Assembly (NCBI GenBank): GCA_018062825.1
Contig: JAGORL010000003.1
Coordinates: forward strand, 138,333-197,601
Length of the DNA stretch: 59,269 nt
Source of the DNA: Patescibacteria group bacterium
GTDB taxonomy: Bacteria > Patescibacteriota > Patescibacteriia > UBA9934
Direction of reading: 5' to 3'
A program made the position numbers and the translations under genes. This document shows, one piece after another, positions 9,034 through 16,632 of this stretch; position 1 is the first letter of the stretch, and each line of letters begins with the position of its first letter. Below the pieces are notes generated by a model, which did not search any database, was not told where the DNA came from, and worked only from the letters and a program-made list of their open reading frames with translations.

Positions 9034-9831
9034 TTACTCGACGTAGATAGCGCCGGAGTTTGAACTGTCGTAACCGTCGTAGAAGGAATAGATACCCTCT
9101 TCTGTGAAGCGCTTTGTGAATGTTTCGCCGTTATTCATTGTTCCGCTACCCCATGAGAAGTCATCTGCGGTTACGGAGTGTGGGGCGGAAGTGTTGTTGA
9201 TGAACTTTACAACCTGACCTTCACTGATGGTGACATCAAGTGGCGAGAAGCCGTCTGTACCGATGTTGATCACCTTTGGAGCTACAAGGTTGCGATCGTT
9301 GTTGATGCTTGAAGCATTCTCCATGGCGGTTGTGACGTTGTAGTCGCCGGTGTCTTCAATGGCTTCACCGATGGTGTAGTTGGAGAAGAAGCCGTCAGCG
9401 ATGTCATCGATCTTCTTGTTCCAGTCTGCGCCGTACAAAGCGATAGCAACAGCCTCTGAGGTTACGTGACGAAGAGTGCTGTTCTCATCAATGGCGTATG
9501 TTTTTGGATCAGTGTTGATCTTTACCATGCGTACGCCTGGTTTGTAGGTAACGTTGCCGCCAATTTGAATCTTGGCAAGTTCTGCGTCTGAGATGGTCTT
9601 AACGGTATTGAAGTTGCTGTACCAGGTGAAGTACGCCTTGTCGTTTGGAAAAACGTAGCGGAAACCGTCGGCACCAACGTAGTACACGGCGGAGAATGAA
9701 GTACCGCGCACAAGATCACCTGAGTTAACGGTTGTAGCAGCCTGTGCTCCTTGTGCTAAGAAGGCGAGGCTTACTGCTGAAGCTGCAAAAGCAACGGCGG
9801 CAATAGAGATAGCAATGCGAGTACGCGTCAT
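9034..9831 (-). CDS. Secreted protein with C-terminal cupredoxin-like beta-sandwich domain
   Basis: Signal peptide (AISIAAVAFAASAVSLAFLAQGAQA). The C-terminus VKFINNTSAPHSVTADD...GIYSFYDGY...GAIYVE resembles plastocyanin/amicyanin-like folds. Confidence 0.55.
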   Translation of the reverse strand: MTRTRIAISIAAVAFAASAVSLAFLAQGAQAATTVNSGDLVRGTSFSAVYYVGADGFRYVFPNDKAYFTWYSNFNTVKTISDAELAKIQIGGNVTYKPGVRMVKINTDPKTYAIDENSTLRHVTSEAVAIALYGADWNKKIDDIADGFFSNYTIGEAIEDTGDYNVTTAMENASSINNDRNLVAPKVINIGTDGFSPLDVTISEGQVVKFINNTSAPHSVTADDFSWGSGTMNNGETFTKRFTEEGIYSFYDGYDSSNSGAIYVE

Positions 9832-9977
9832 AGACTATTTTATGAATTAGTTCAGCACTGACAATAGCACATTTTTGTCTTTTGCAAATGGGGAAATGTG
9901 GATTAGGGAGATTTTAGTATTAAAGAGTAAAGATTAAAGTTAAAAGGGGAGAATAGATAATAGTAGCGTGAAGTATG

Positions 9978-10628
9978 TTAGGAGTTTGCAGTGAGTTTTT
10001 CTTGGAGGGTGAGGTAAGCGTCGTGCGGGTGAGGGTTTCCGAAGATAGCGGAGCTTGCTACGAAGCGAGTGGCCCCGGCTTGTTGGAGTAGCTGTATGTT
10101 TTCAAGACTGACTCCGCCGTCGACACCGATAGTGAGATTCGGGCAAAGCGATCGTAGGCGTTTGATGCGACTCATGACGCTATCGCCAAGAAATGGTTGA
10201 CCAGAAGCGCCCGGCTTTACGCCCATGACGAGCACTTCGTCCATGACGTCACATAGTTCTTGAGCAACATCGATCGCGGTTTCGGGATTGAATGCGAGCC
10301 CCGCTTCTAAGCCGCGCAATTTAATATGCGTGAGAGTTGTGTGAGCGTTTTTTAATGTTTCGTGATGCACGATGGCGCGAACAACAGGTAAGCCGTGAAA
10401 GGTTGAGAGGTGCTCTAGCGGCTCGTTTACCATGAGATGGAGTTCGAGCTTAGGGAGGTTGCTGTGTTTGCGTAAACTACGTGGATCAAACCATGATCGT
10501 TCTTTGGTGAACGTTCCATCCATGACGTCTAGATGAAAGACATCGATGTTTTTGAGATCTGGATGTTTGAGACTGCCGAGGCAGGTGTGTTCGCTATGGG
10601 CGAGAACGGCGGGGAGGATTGATTGCAT
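9978..10628 (-). CDS. rpe: Ribulose-phosphate 3-epimerase
   Basis: FHLDVMDGTF motif and C-terminal GVDGGV motif; 216 aa. Confidence 0.85.
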   Translation of the reverse strand: MQSILPAVLAHSEHTCLGSLKHPDLKNIDVFHLDVMDGTFTKERSWFDPRSLRKHSNLPKLELHLMVNEPLEHLSTFHGLPVVRAIVHHETLKNAHTTLTHIKLRGLEAGLAFNPETAIDVAQELCDVMDEVLVMGVKPGASGQPFLGDSVMSRIKRLRSLCPNLTIGVDGGVSLENIQLLQQAGATRFVASSAIFGNPHPHDAYLTLQEKLTANS

Positions 10629-10764
10629 ATTTTATAAGGCTGATACAAACCTTCTTCTTGAAGGCTCGAGCAATCCTGATCTGCCGACATATATTTGGAT
10701 ATCGGCAGGCATGATTGCTATTCTCGCCTTCTTCGAAAAATGTTTGTATCAGCTATGAGTGAAC

Positions 10765-11223
10765 TCAATTTCTACTTTCGATGTCGCTGACAGCGTTTAG
10801 GCGGCGGTTGTGGCGCTCTTCATTTGAGAAGGGGGTGGTGAGGAAGATGTCGACGATTCCAAGCGGGTCATCATTGGTTGTGATTCGACCTGGCAAGCAG
10901 AGGATGTTGGCGTCGTCATCGGAGCGCATGGTTTTTGCGGCCTCAATAGCGTAACCGATGCCGGCACGGATGCCGTCAAATTTGTTAGCCGCCATACAGA
11001 TGCCTTCGGCGTTGCCACAGAAAAGCAGGCCGACTGAGCCGGGGTGTTGTCGCACGGCTTGAGCGACTTTGGTGGCGTAGACTGGATAATCATCGTTTTT
11101 ATCAAAGGTAAGAGCCCCAAGATCTTCTACGATGTGGCCTTGTAGATTGAGATGTTCTTTGACGACGTTTTTTTGATCAAAGCCGGCGTGATCGGCACCG
11201 AGGTAGATAGTTTTTGCGTCCAT
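10765..11223 (-). CDS. rpiB: Ribose-5-phosphate isomerase B
   Basis: From the ATG at 11223: MDAKTIYLGADHAGF..., CGNAEGICMAANK. About 152 aa, typical RpiB/LacAB size. The longer ORF to 11472 overlaps the ileS start. Confidence 0.85.
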   Translation of the reverse strand: MDAKTIYLGADHAGFDQKNVVKEHLNLQGHIVEDLGALTFDKNDDYPVYATKVAQAVRQHPGSVGLLFCGNAEGICMAANKFDGIRAGIGYAIEAAKTMRSDDDANILCLPGRITTNDDPLGIVDIFLTTPFSNEERHNRRLNAVSDIESRN

Positions 11224-11254
11224 ATGGGAAAAGTATACGATAGAATCGATCTTT

Positions 11255-11283
11255 TTGACTTTCGTCTGCGAAATTTCTACTAT
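11255..11283 (+). promoter_or_regulatory. Promoter of ileS (TTGACT-17-TACTAT), with the ATG 8 nt after the -10
   Basis: TTGACT 11255-11260, 17 nt spacer, TACTAT 11278-11283, then 8 nt, then ATG 11292. No SD, which implies a leaderless mRNA. Confidence 0.6.
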
Positions 11284-11291
11284 CCTCCTAT

Positions 11292-14183
11292 ATGTCCGAG
11301 CCCAAGAAGATGACCCACGCCCAAGCTGAACATGAAGTATTAGCCTATTGGGATGCCCATAAGGTATTTCAGCGTTCAGTCGATGAGCGACCAAAGAGCA
11401 AGCCGTATACGTTTTACGATGGTCCGCCGTTTGCAACGGGCTTGCCGCATTATGGTCATTTGCTGCAATCAATCGTGAAGGACGCGGTGCCGCGCTATTT
11501 TACGATGCGTGGTTACCGAGTTGAGCGTACGTGGGGTTGGGATTGTCATGGCTTACCAATTGAGAATTTGGTTGAGAAGCAGTTTGATTTAAAGAGCCGG
11601 AAAGATATTGAGGAATACGGCGTTGGTGCTTTTAATGATCGTTGTGAGGCGCTTGTGATGGGGTATGCCAAGGAATGGAATACCGTTATTCGCCGCTTGG
11701 GGCGCTGGGTTGATATGGATAACGCCTACAAGACCATGGACACACCGTTCATGGAGTCTATTTGGTGGGCGTTTAAGGAGCTTTATGAGAAGGGCAAGAT
11801 TTATGAGGGGCATAAGGCGATGCAGCTTTGCCCACGCTGCGAAACCACACTTTCTAACTTTGAGGTAACGCAGGGTTACGCTGACGCGACTGATATTTCG
11901 GTAACGGCGAGCGTGGAATTAACTAGTGGGCCATGGAAGGGCGCTAAGGCACTTCTTTGGACAACCACGCCATGGACGCTTCCTGGAAACGTGCTTTTGG
12001 CAGTTGGTGCTGACATGGAATATGCGCTTGTTGAACATGATGGTGTTCGTTACGTGCTCGCTAGTAGTTTGATCGACAAGGTTTTTAAGGGTAAGGAGTA
12101 TTCAATTGTAGAAAAGGCTTCTGGTAGTACGCTCACGGGATCAACGTATGATCCTTTGTTCCCTTACTTTAGAACGCACGCGAATGCTTTCCGAGTAGTT
12201 TCCGCAGACTTTGTAACGGATACTGATGGAACGGGCATTGTGCACATTGCTCCTGGTTTTGGTTCTGATGACATGGCGCTTGGTGAGGCGGAAAATGTAG
12301 CTCCGATCATCCACGTGAAGGAGAATGGTCAGTATGTTGATGAGGTAGCAGTGCCGCTAACTGAAGAGGGGTATGCGGTTACAGGTGTGCCGATGAAAGC
12401 TAAGGGGGAGTACTCCGTGATTGATATTCAAATCATTAAATGGTTGGCGCATAAGGGAAAGTTGTTTGCCAAAGAGAAGTTTACGCATAGCTACCCACAC
12501 TGTTGGCGCTGTGATACGCCGCTTTTGAATTACGGAGCGAGTTCCTGGTTTGTGCGGGTGAGTGAGATGTCTGAGGACCTTGTGAAGAGTAATGAGCTCA
12601 TTCACTGGGTACCGGATTCCGTGAAGCATGGTCGTTTTGGGAAGTGGCTTGAGGGCGCGCGCGATTGGGCGATTTCTCGTTCACGTTTTTGGGGTACGCC
12701 GCTTCCGGTATGGCGTGCGGAAGATGGCGAGATTCTCGTTATTGGGAGCGTTAGCGAGCTTGAAGGGTACGTTGGCCATAAGGTAACGAACTTGCATAAG
12801 CACGTGGTTGATAGTTTGGCGATTGAAAAGAACGGAAAGACATTCCGCCGTATTCCTGAAGTTTTGGATTGTTGGTTTGAGTCTGGCTCTATGCCATATG
12901 CTCAGCTGCATTACCCGTTTGAGAATAAGGAGCTATTTGAGCAGCGCTTGCCGGCGCAGTTTATTGGCGAAGCACAAGATCAGACCCGTGGTTGGTTCTA
13001 TACGCTCCACGTGCTTTCTAATGCGCTTTTCCATAAGCCGGCGTATGAGAATGTGATTGTGAGCGGCATTATTTTGGCGGAAGATGGCAAGAAGATGAGT
13101 AAGCGCCTCAATAACTACCCTGATCCGATGGAGGTGATGGAGAAGTATGGTGCTGATGCGGTGCGCTATTACATTATTTCCTCGCCGGTTGTTCGTGGTG
13201 AGAATCTTCGCTTTAGCGAGGCGGGTGTTGATGAGATTTCAAAGAAGTTTATTGCGATCTTGAAGAATGTCGCCGCTTTCTACTCGCTTTACAGCGAACA
13301 TGATGACGGCCGAAAGCCAAAGGGGGAACATGTGCTTGATGCGTGGATTTTGGCGCGTATGTATGAAACGCTCGCGCAAGAAACGAAGGCAATGGAAGCT
13401 TACGAGCTACCAGACGCGGCACGTGTGCTTCAGCACTTCGTGACAGATCTTTCTACTTGGTACGTGCGTCGCAGTCGTGATCGTATGAAAGAGGCGGGAG
13501 AGGATCGAGCGGAGGCGCTTGCGACTTTACGAACCGTGCTTGAGACTTTTGCAAAGATGCTTGCGCCGTTCATGCCGTTTTTGGCGGAGATGGTATACCG
13601 GGAGATCGGAGATCGGGGATCGGAGGAGAGGGTTTCTGTGCACCTTGAAATGTGGCCGGACGTGAATACAGAACTTGCTCAATCATCTGTCCTTGAGGCG
13701 ATGGGGGAACTACGTGGACTTGTTTCTCGTGGTCTTGAGGCGCGCGAGGCAGCTGGAATGCCAATTAAACAGGTGCTTGCTTCAGCTTCTATTACGTTAC
13801 CAGAGGGTGAGCTCTCAGAGGCGTACGTTTCCGTCTTTAAGGACGAAGTGAACGTAAAAAATGTATTCATCCAGAAGGGTGAGTTAGCGGTTGCCCTTGA
13901 TTTCACGTTGACCCCGGAGCTTATCCGTGAGGGCATGGCGCGTGAGGTAACGCGTAAGGTGAATGGCTTGCGAAAGGAGACGGCGCTCACTATTCAACAC
14001 CGTATCGCACTTTCTATTTGGAGTGATGACGCTGAAGTGCAGAAGATGTTTGAGGAGCATGGTGACGCGATTGCTGCTGACACCTTGAGTGCGTCAATTG
14101 AGTTTGGAAAGATCACTGAACCGGTTGCACAGGCAAGTTTTAGAGTTGCTGAGCATGAGGTGTGGGTGGGGTTTAAGGTGTAG
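11292..14183 (+). CDS. ileS: Isoleucine--tRNA ligase
   Basis: 963 aa with HIGH-type motif (PHYGHLL), KMSKRL, and a WCISRQ-like segment (WAISRSRFWG). Confidence 0.95.
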   Translation: MSEPKKMTHAQAEHEVLAYWDAHKVFQRSVDERPKSKPYTFYDGPPFATGLPHYGHLLQSIVKDAVPRYFTMRGYRVERTWGWDCHGLPIENLVEKQFDLKSRKDIEEYGVGAFNDRCEALVMGYAKEWNTVIRRLGRWVDMDNAYKTMDTPFMESIWWAFKELYEKGKIYEGHKAMQLCPRCETTLSNFEVTQGYADATDISVTASVELTSGPWKGAKALLWTTTPWTLPGNVLLAVGADMEYALVEHDGVRYVLASSLIDKVFKGKEYSIVEKASGSTLTGSTYDPLFPYFRTHANAFRVVSADFVTDTDGTGIVHIAPGFGSDDMALGEAENVAPIIHVKENGQYVDEVAVPLTEEGYAVTGVPMKAKGEYSVIDIQIIKWLAHKGKLFAKEKFTHSYPHCWRCDTPLLNYGASSWFVRVSEMSEDLVKSNELIHWVPDSVKHGRFGKWLEGARDWAISRSRFWGTPLPVWRAEDGEILVIGSVSELEGYVGHKVTNLHKHVVDSLAIEKNGKTFRRIPEVLDCWFESGSMPYAQLHYPFENKELFEQRLPAQFIGEAQDQTRGWFYTLHVLSNALFHKPAYENVIVSGIILAEDGKKMSKRLNNYPDPMEVMEKYGADAVRYYIISSPVVRGENLRFSEAGVDEISKKFIAILKNVAAFYSLYSEHDDGRKPKGEHVLDAWILARMYETLAQETKAMEAYELPDAARVLQHFVTDLSTWYVRRSRDRMKEAGEDRAEALATLRTVLETFAKMLAPFMPFLAEMVYREIGDRGSEERVSVHLEMWPDVNTELAQSSVLEAMGELRGLVSRGLEAREAAGMPIKQVLASASITLPEGELSEAYVSVFKDEVNVKNVFIQKGELAVALDFTLTPELIREGMAREVTRKVNGLRKETALTIQHRIALSIWSDDAEVQKMFEEHGDAIAADTLSASIEFGKITEPVAQASFRVAEHEVWVGFKV

Positions 14184-14195
14184 GGAATAGGGAAT

Positions 14196-14250
14196 AGGCC
14201 CACTTCGTCCGGCAGAGCCGGACTACGTTGGGGCTGTAAGTAGGGAGTAG
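14196..14250 (+). repeat. Dispersed intergenic repeat, copy A (GGCCCACTTCGTCCGG-loop-CCGGACTACGTTGGGGCT..TAGGGAGTAG)
   Basis: Near-identical to 15876-15929, with a degenerate copy at 33102-33153. Contains a 6 bp GTCCGG/CCGGAC hairpin. Confidence 0.8.
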
Positions 14251-14288
14251 AAAAAAAGAGCACGCGATGATGAGTCGGTGCTCTTTTT
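14251..14288. terminator. Bidirectional intrinsic terminator between convergent ileS and the P-loop kinase gene
   Basis: AAAAAAA-GAGCAC...GTGCTC-TTTTT. The sequence module is shared with 276-313. Confidence 0.75.
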
Positions 14289-14724
14289 AGTTATTCTCTA
14301 CAACTTCACAGAACCATTCTTTTGGTAATCGTTCACGCTTGATGAGGGTGTAGATTTTCCAGATATCTTCCCACGGCACATGATGAATATTGCGACGAAG
14401 GGCTACTTTTGGTTCGCAAACCATGGTCACGATGGAGATTTCGTAGCGTCTTGCTAGCCCAACGAGGTAGTACGGTGCGATATCTTCAGCAAGCGGATTA
14501 ATGTTATCAACGACGATGTGTTTGTGGCCGTTTCCTGTGAGTTCAAGGAAGTTTTTAAAACAGGTGCGTTGTGCCTGCGGGAGCTTGGCGGGATCATAAT
14601 CAAAGCCGCCGTGGGGTTTTTCAAAATAATGATCAGCAGAAACAATCACTGCTTCCTCCAGTGTTTTAGCGAACGTCGATTTTCCGGATCCTTGGATGCC
14701 GCGAAGAATCGTAAGTTGGCGCAT
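14287..14724 (-). CDS. P-loop NTPase, polynucleotide-kinase/AAA_33-like
   Basis: From the ATG at 14724: MRQLTILRGIQGSGKSTFAK (Walker A). About 145 aa. TATACT -10 lies 8 nt upstream of the ATG. Confidence 0.65.
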   Translation of the reverse strand: MRQLTILRGIQGSGKSTFAKTLEEAVIVSADHYFEKPHGGFDYDPAKLPQAQRTCFKNFLELTGNGHKHIVVDNINPLAEDIAPYYLVGLARRYEISIVTMVCEPKVALRRNIHHVPWEDIWKIYTLIKRERLPKEWFCEVVENN

Positions 14725-14977
14725 ATGCGTGAAGTATACAGGGAGTGGGCGGTAGTACGTAGGGAGTAGGTGATGTGCATGAAAATAAATCGCCCTCCCG
14801 AGAGTGGGAGGACGACGGGCCGCGGCAGGCACGCTTGTTCTTGACCTTGGTGCGGTCTTGGAAGCGGCCGGTGTGGCGATTCACGATGTTGTCGCGCGTG
14901 CTCTGCTTGGGAGCACGAACGACAATCTTGTTCGGGTCGCGCTTTGGGGGCGCGACGGGTTGAGATTTCTGTTTCAA
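14666..14977 (-). CDS. Small Lys/Arg-rich ORF (TTG start, strong SD) with an intrinsic terminator inside the frame
   Basis: AGGAGG (14989-14984), 6 nt, TTG 14977. Translation MKQKSQPVAPPKRDPNKIVVRAPKQSTRDNIVNRHTGRFQDRTKVKNKRA... The first in-frame stop is at 14666, inside the next gene, and the G+C-rich character ends near 14800. Confidence 0.4.
   Translation of the reverse strand: MKQKSQPVAPPKRDPNKIVVRAPKQSTRDNIVNRHTGRFQDRTKVKNKRACRGPSSSHSREGDLFSCTSPTPYVLPPTPCILHAYAPTYDSSRHPRIRKIDVR
14781..14811 (-). terminator. Intrinsic terminator located within the small basic ORF
   Basis: The minus strand reads CCTCCC-ACTCTC-GGGAGG then GCGATTTATTTTC. Confidence 0.6.
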
Positions 14978-15069
14978 GAGACGCCTCCTGGAAAGATTCT
15001 ATCAGAGATTTGATAGTGTCTTTATGGGAGGCCTGACCGAGTGCTTGCGCAATCGGTCAGGCGAGGCGG

Positions 15070-15657
15070 CTAGCTCAGCTGGAGCTTCACCGCGAGCGAG
15101 TTGATCAGGCGGACCTTGTCGTCGTCGATCACCTCGCCGGCGAGCATCTTCTCGATGTCGGGGGAGAGCTCGGCGGTCTGGCGCGGCGTGATCGGACCGG
15201 GGTACCAGGTCCAGAGCATGCCGTCCTCTTTGCCGACGATCACCCAGATGTCGCTCGTCTTCTCGAGCTCGCCCTGCCACGGCATCACGAGCTCGGGCCC
15301 GTGCGCACCGTCCACGAGACGCACGAGCTTGCGCTCGTTGTCCGTGAGATCGCCGTACAGCTTGACCCCGGTGCGGCCGATGAGGCCGGTGGGGAGCTTG
15401 ACGTGGAAGTAGCGGGCCTTGAAGAAGAAGGCGGTGGGTGGGAGATCGGTCTCGAACTTCTCTTCGAACTCCAGCGTCTCCGTGAGGAGCGCGACGGTGT
15501 CGTCGAGGGTCGAGATGTTCTCCACGTAGCTGCCGCGGTTTCCCGTGACGTCGTTGACGCGCACGAGGCCGTCCAGGTGCTTGGCCTCGGTCTTGCCGTC
15601 GGCGACGCTCTGCTTGAGGCTCTCGATCGCGGCGGACACGGTGGCGGTGGCGGTCAT
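15070..15657 (-). CDS. Hypothetical protein (195 aa), G+C-rich orphan
   Basis: Clean GC3-biased frame (MTATATVSAAIESLKQSVADGK...). The other five frames give Arg/Gly/Pro-rich shadow ORFs. No family recognised. Confidence 0.65.
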   Translation of the reverse strand: MTATATVSAAIESLKQSVADGKTEAKHLDGLVRVNDVTGNRGSYVENISTLDDTVALLTETLEFEEKFETDLPPTAFFFKARYFHVKLPTGLIGRTGVKLYGDLTDNERKLVRLVDGAHGPELVMPWQGELEKTSDIWVIVGKEDGMLWTWYPGPITPRQTAELSPDIEKMLAGEVIDDDKVRLINSLAVKLQLS

Positions 15658-15790
15658 GTGATGAACTCTGCGGTGAATGTCGCACGCTGGCGACCGGTTA
15701 AGGAACGAGTGATTCGCACCTCGCAGATGAGAAGTGATTCTCAGCTATGAGGTGCCCTGCATGACTGTTCATGCAACAACTTAACGATCT

Positions 15791-15819
15791 AGTATAGCAG
15801 AAATTTTGGTTTTTGTCAA
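15791..15819 (-). promoter_or_regulatory. Near-consensus promoter TTGACA-17-(TGC)TATACT
   Basis: The minus strand reads TTGACA (15819-15814), a 17 nt spacer ending in TGC, then TATACT (15796-15791). It drives a roughly 130 nt hairpin-containing leader to the ATG at 15657. Confidence 0.7.
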
Positions 15820-15875
15820 TGATTTTTGATGATTATTTGGCTAATATTAGTGTATAAAAATGGGGGTGGGGTATA

Positions 15876-15929
15876 GGTCCACTTCGTCCGGTAGGTCCGG
15901 ACTACGTTGGGGCTATAGGTAGGGAGTAG
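15876..15929 (+). repeat. Dispersed intergenic repeat, copy B
   Basis: GGTCCACTTCGTCCGGTAGGTCCGGACTACGTTGGGGCTATAGGTAGGGAGTAG; compare copy A. Confidence 0.8.
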
Positions 15930-15930
15930 G

Positions 15931-16626
15931 GGGTGGTCCCTCGATGCTGGTGAATGATCATCGGCATTGAGGGACCCTCGAGCGCGAACACTCGAGGTGA
16001 GAAGGTTGACATACACCCCACGCGGCCGTGGGGACGGTATGTCAGCGTCCGGAAACCTCCGGTAGTTGCTCTGCATGAGCGCGTCGCTGTGTGACCGTAG
16101 TCTTGCCCGTTTTTCGCCTTGATGCGCCGATTGGTCGCGCACGGCACCCCACTTGTGTGGGTAAGGGACTAGCTTAGATTGCTGTTGGGCTAAGCACCCG
16201 CAAGGACTCGGAGTTTAAGGGGGCTACCTTCCAATGTACTCACCCCACTCCACGCCGTCGCGTGGGTTCTCCTTCCTGTCTTGCTCGGGGTATGCCTCCC
16301 CTTTACCCTTTGTCTTTCGACATTGAGATAGACCTGAGCGTGGCCGAACTCTGAGAATCGCCTATGGTTACCCATACTCGACTCAGTGGAGTGCTCAACG
16401 TGCGGCGTTGAGCGAGAGGTGTGCAAACGACTCTGAATCTTCAATAAGCACGGTATTGAAGATTCAGAGCGTCCCTCAATGCATTCTCCGGAAGCATTGA
16501 GCGTGCGTGAACGCCTTGCCTTACCGTCCTCCTGTTGCGGTCCTTATGATGCCCGGTGGGCTTCATGAAAGATGATCGCAAGCCGGATAGGTAACGCGTT
16601 GTCATGCGGCACTGACGCCAACTTGA
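15931..16626 (-). ncRNA. Candidate large structured RNA (unclassified), about 700 nt
   Basis: No credible ORF. There is a dense series of stable hairpins: 15935-15976 (13 bp), 15977-15996, 16007-16044, 16394-16412, 16431-16469 (16 bp perfect) and 16475-16501. A good minus-strand promoter sits at 16633-16661. The strand call rests on that promoter alone. Confidence 0.45.
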
Positions 16627-16632
16627 CGGAGT

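Noticed and set aside
15002-15750. Long ORFs 15002..15685 (-) (227 aa, Arg/Pro/His-rich), 15301..15750 (+) and 15101..15412 (+), all overlapping the 195 aa gene
   Set aside because: These are shadow ORFs, as expected in G+C-rich DNA. Their compositions are low-complexity (R/G/P/A) and they lack the GC3 periodicity seen in the 15070..15657 frame.
15931-16626. Identification of the ORF-less segment as tmRNA, SRP RNA, a group II intron or a T-box/riboswitch
   Set aside because: There is no GGGG..UUCGAC 5' end and no tRNA-like GGUUCGA..CCACCA 3' end for tmRNA, and no tag ORF ending in hydrophobic residues. The GCAAACGAC at 16424 is followed by a non-tag-like frame and is in fact adjacent to the arm of a 16 bp hairpin. 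There is no GGAA-loop helix-8 motif for SRP. There is no GUGCG 5' end and no 34 nt domain V with AGC triad near a 3' end; the GTAA-capped helix at about 16343-16372 sits mid-segment with the wrong geometry. The segment is far too long for a riboswitch. These checks were by eye only, so they are not definitive.
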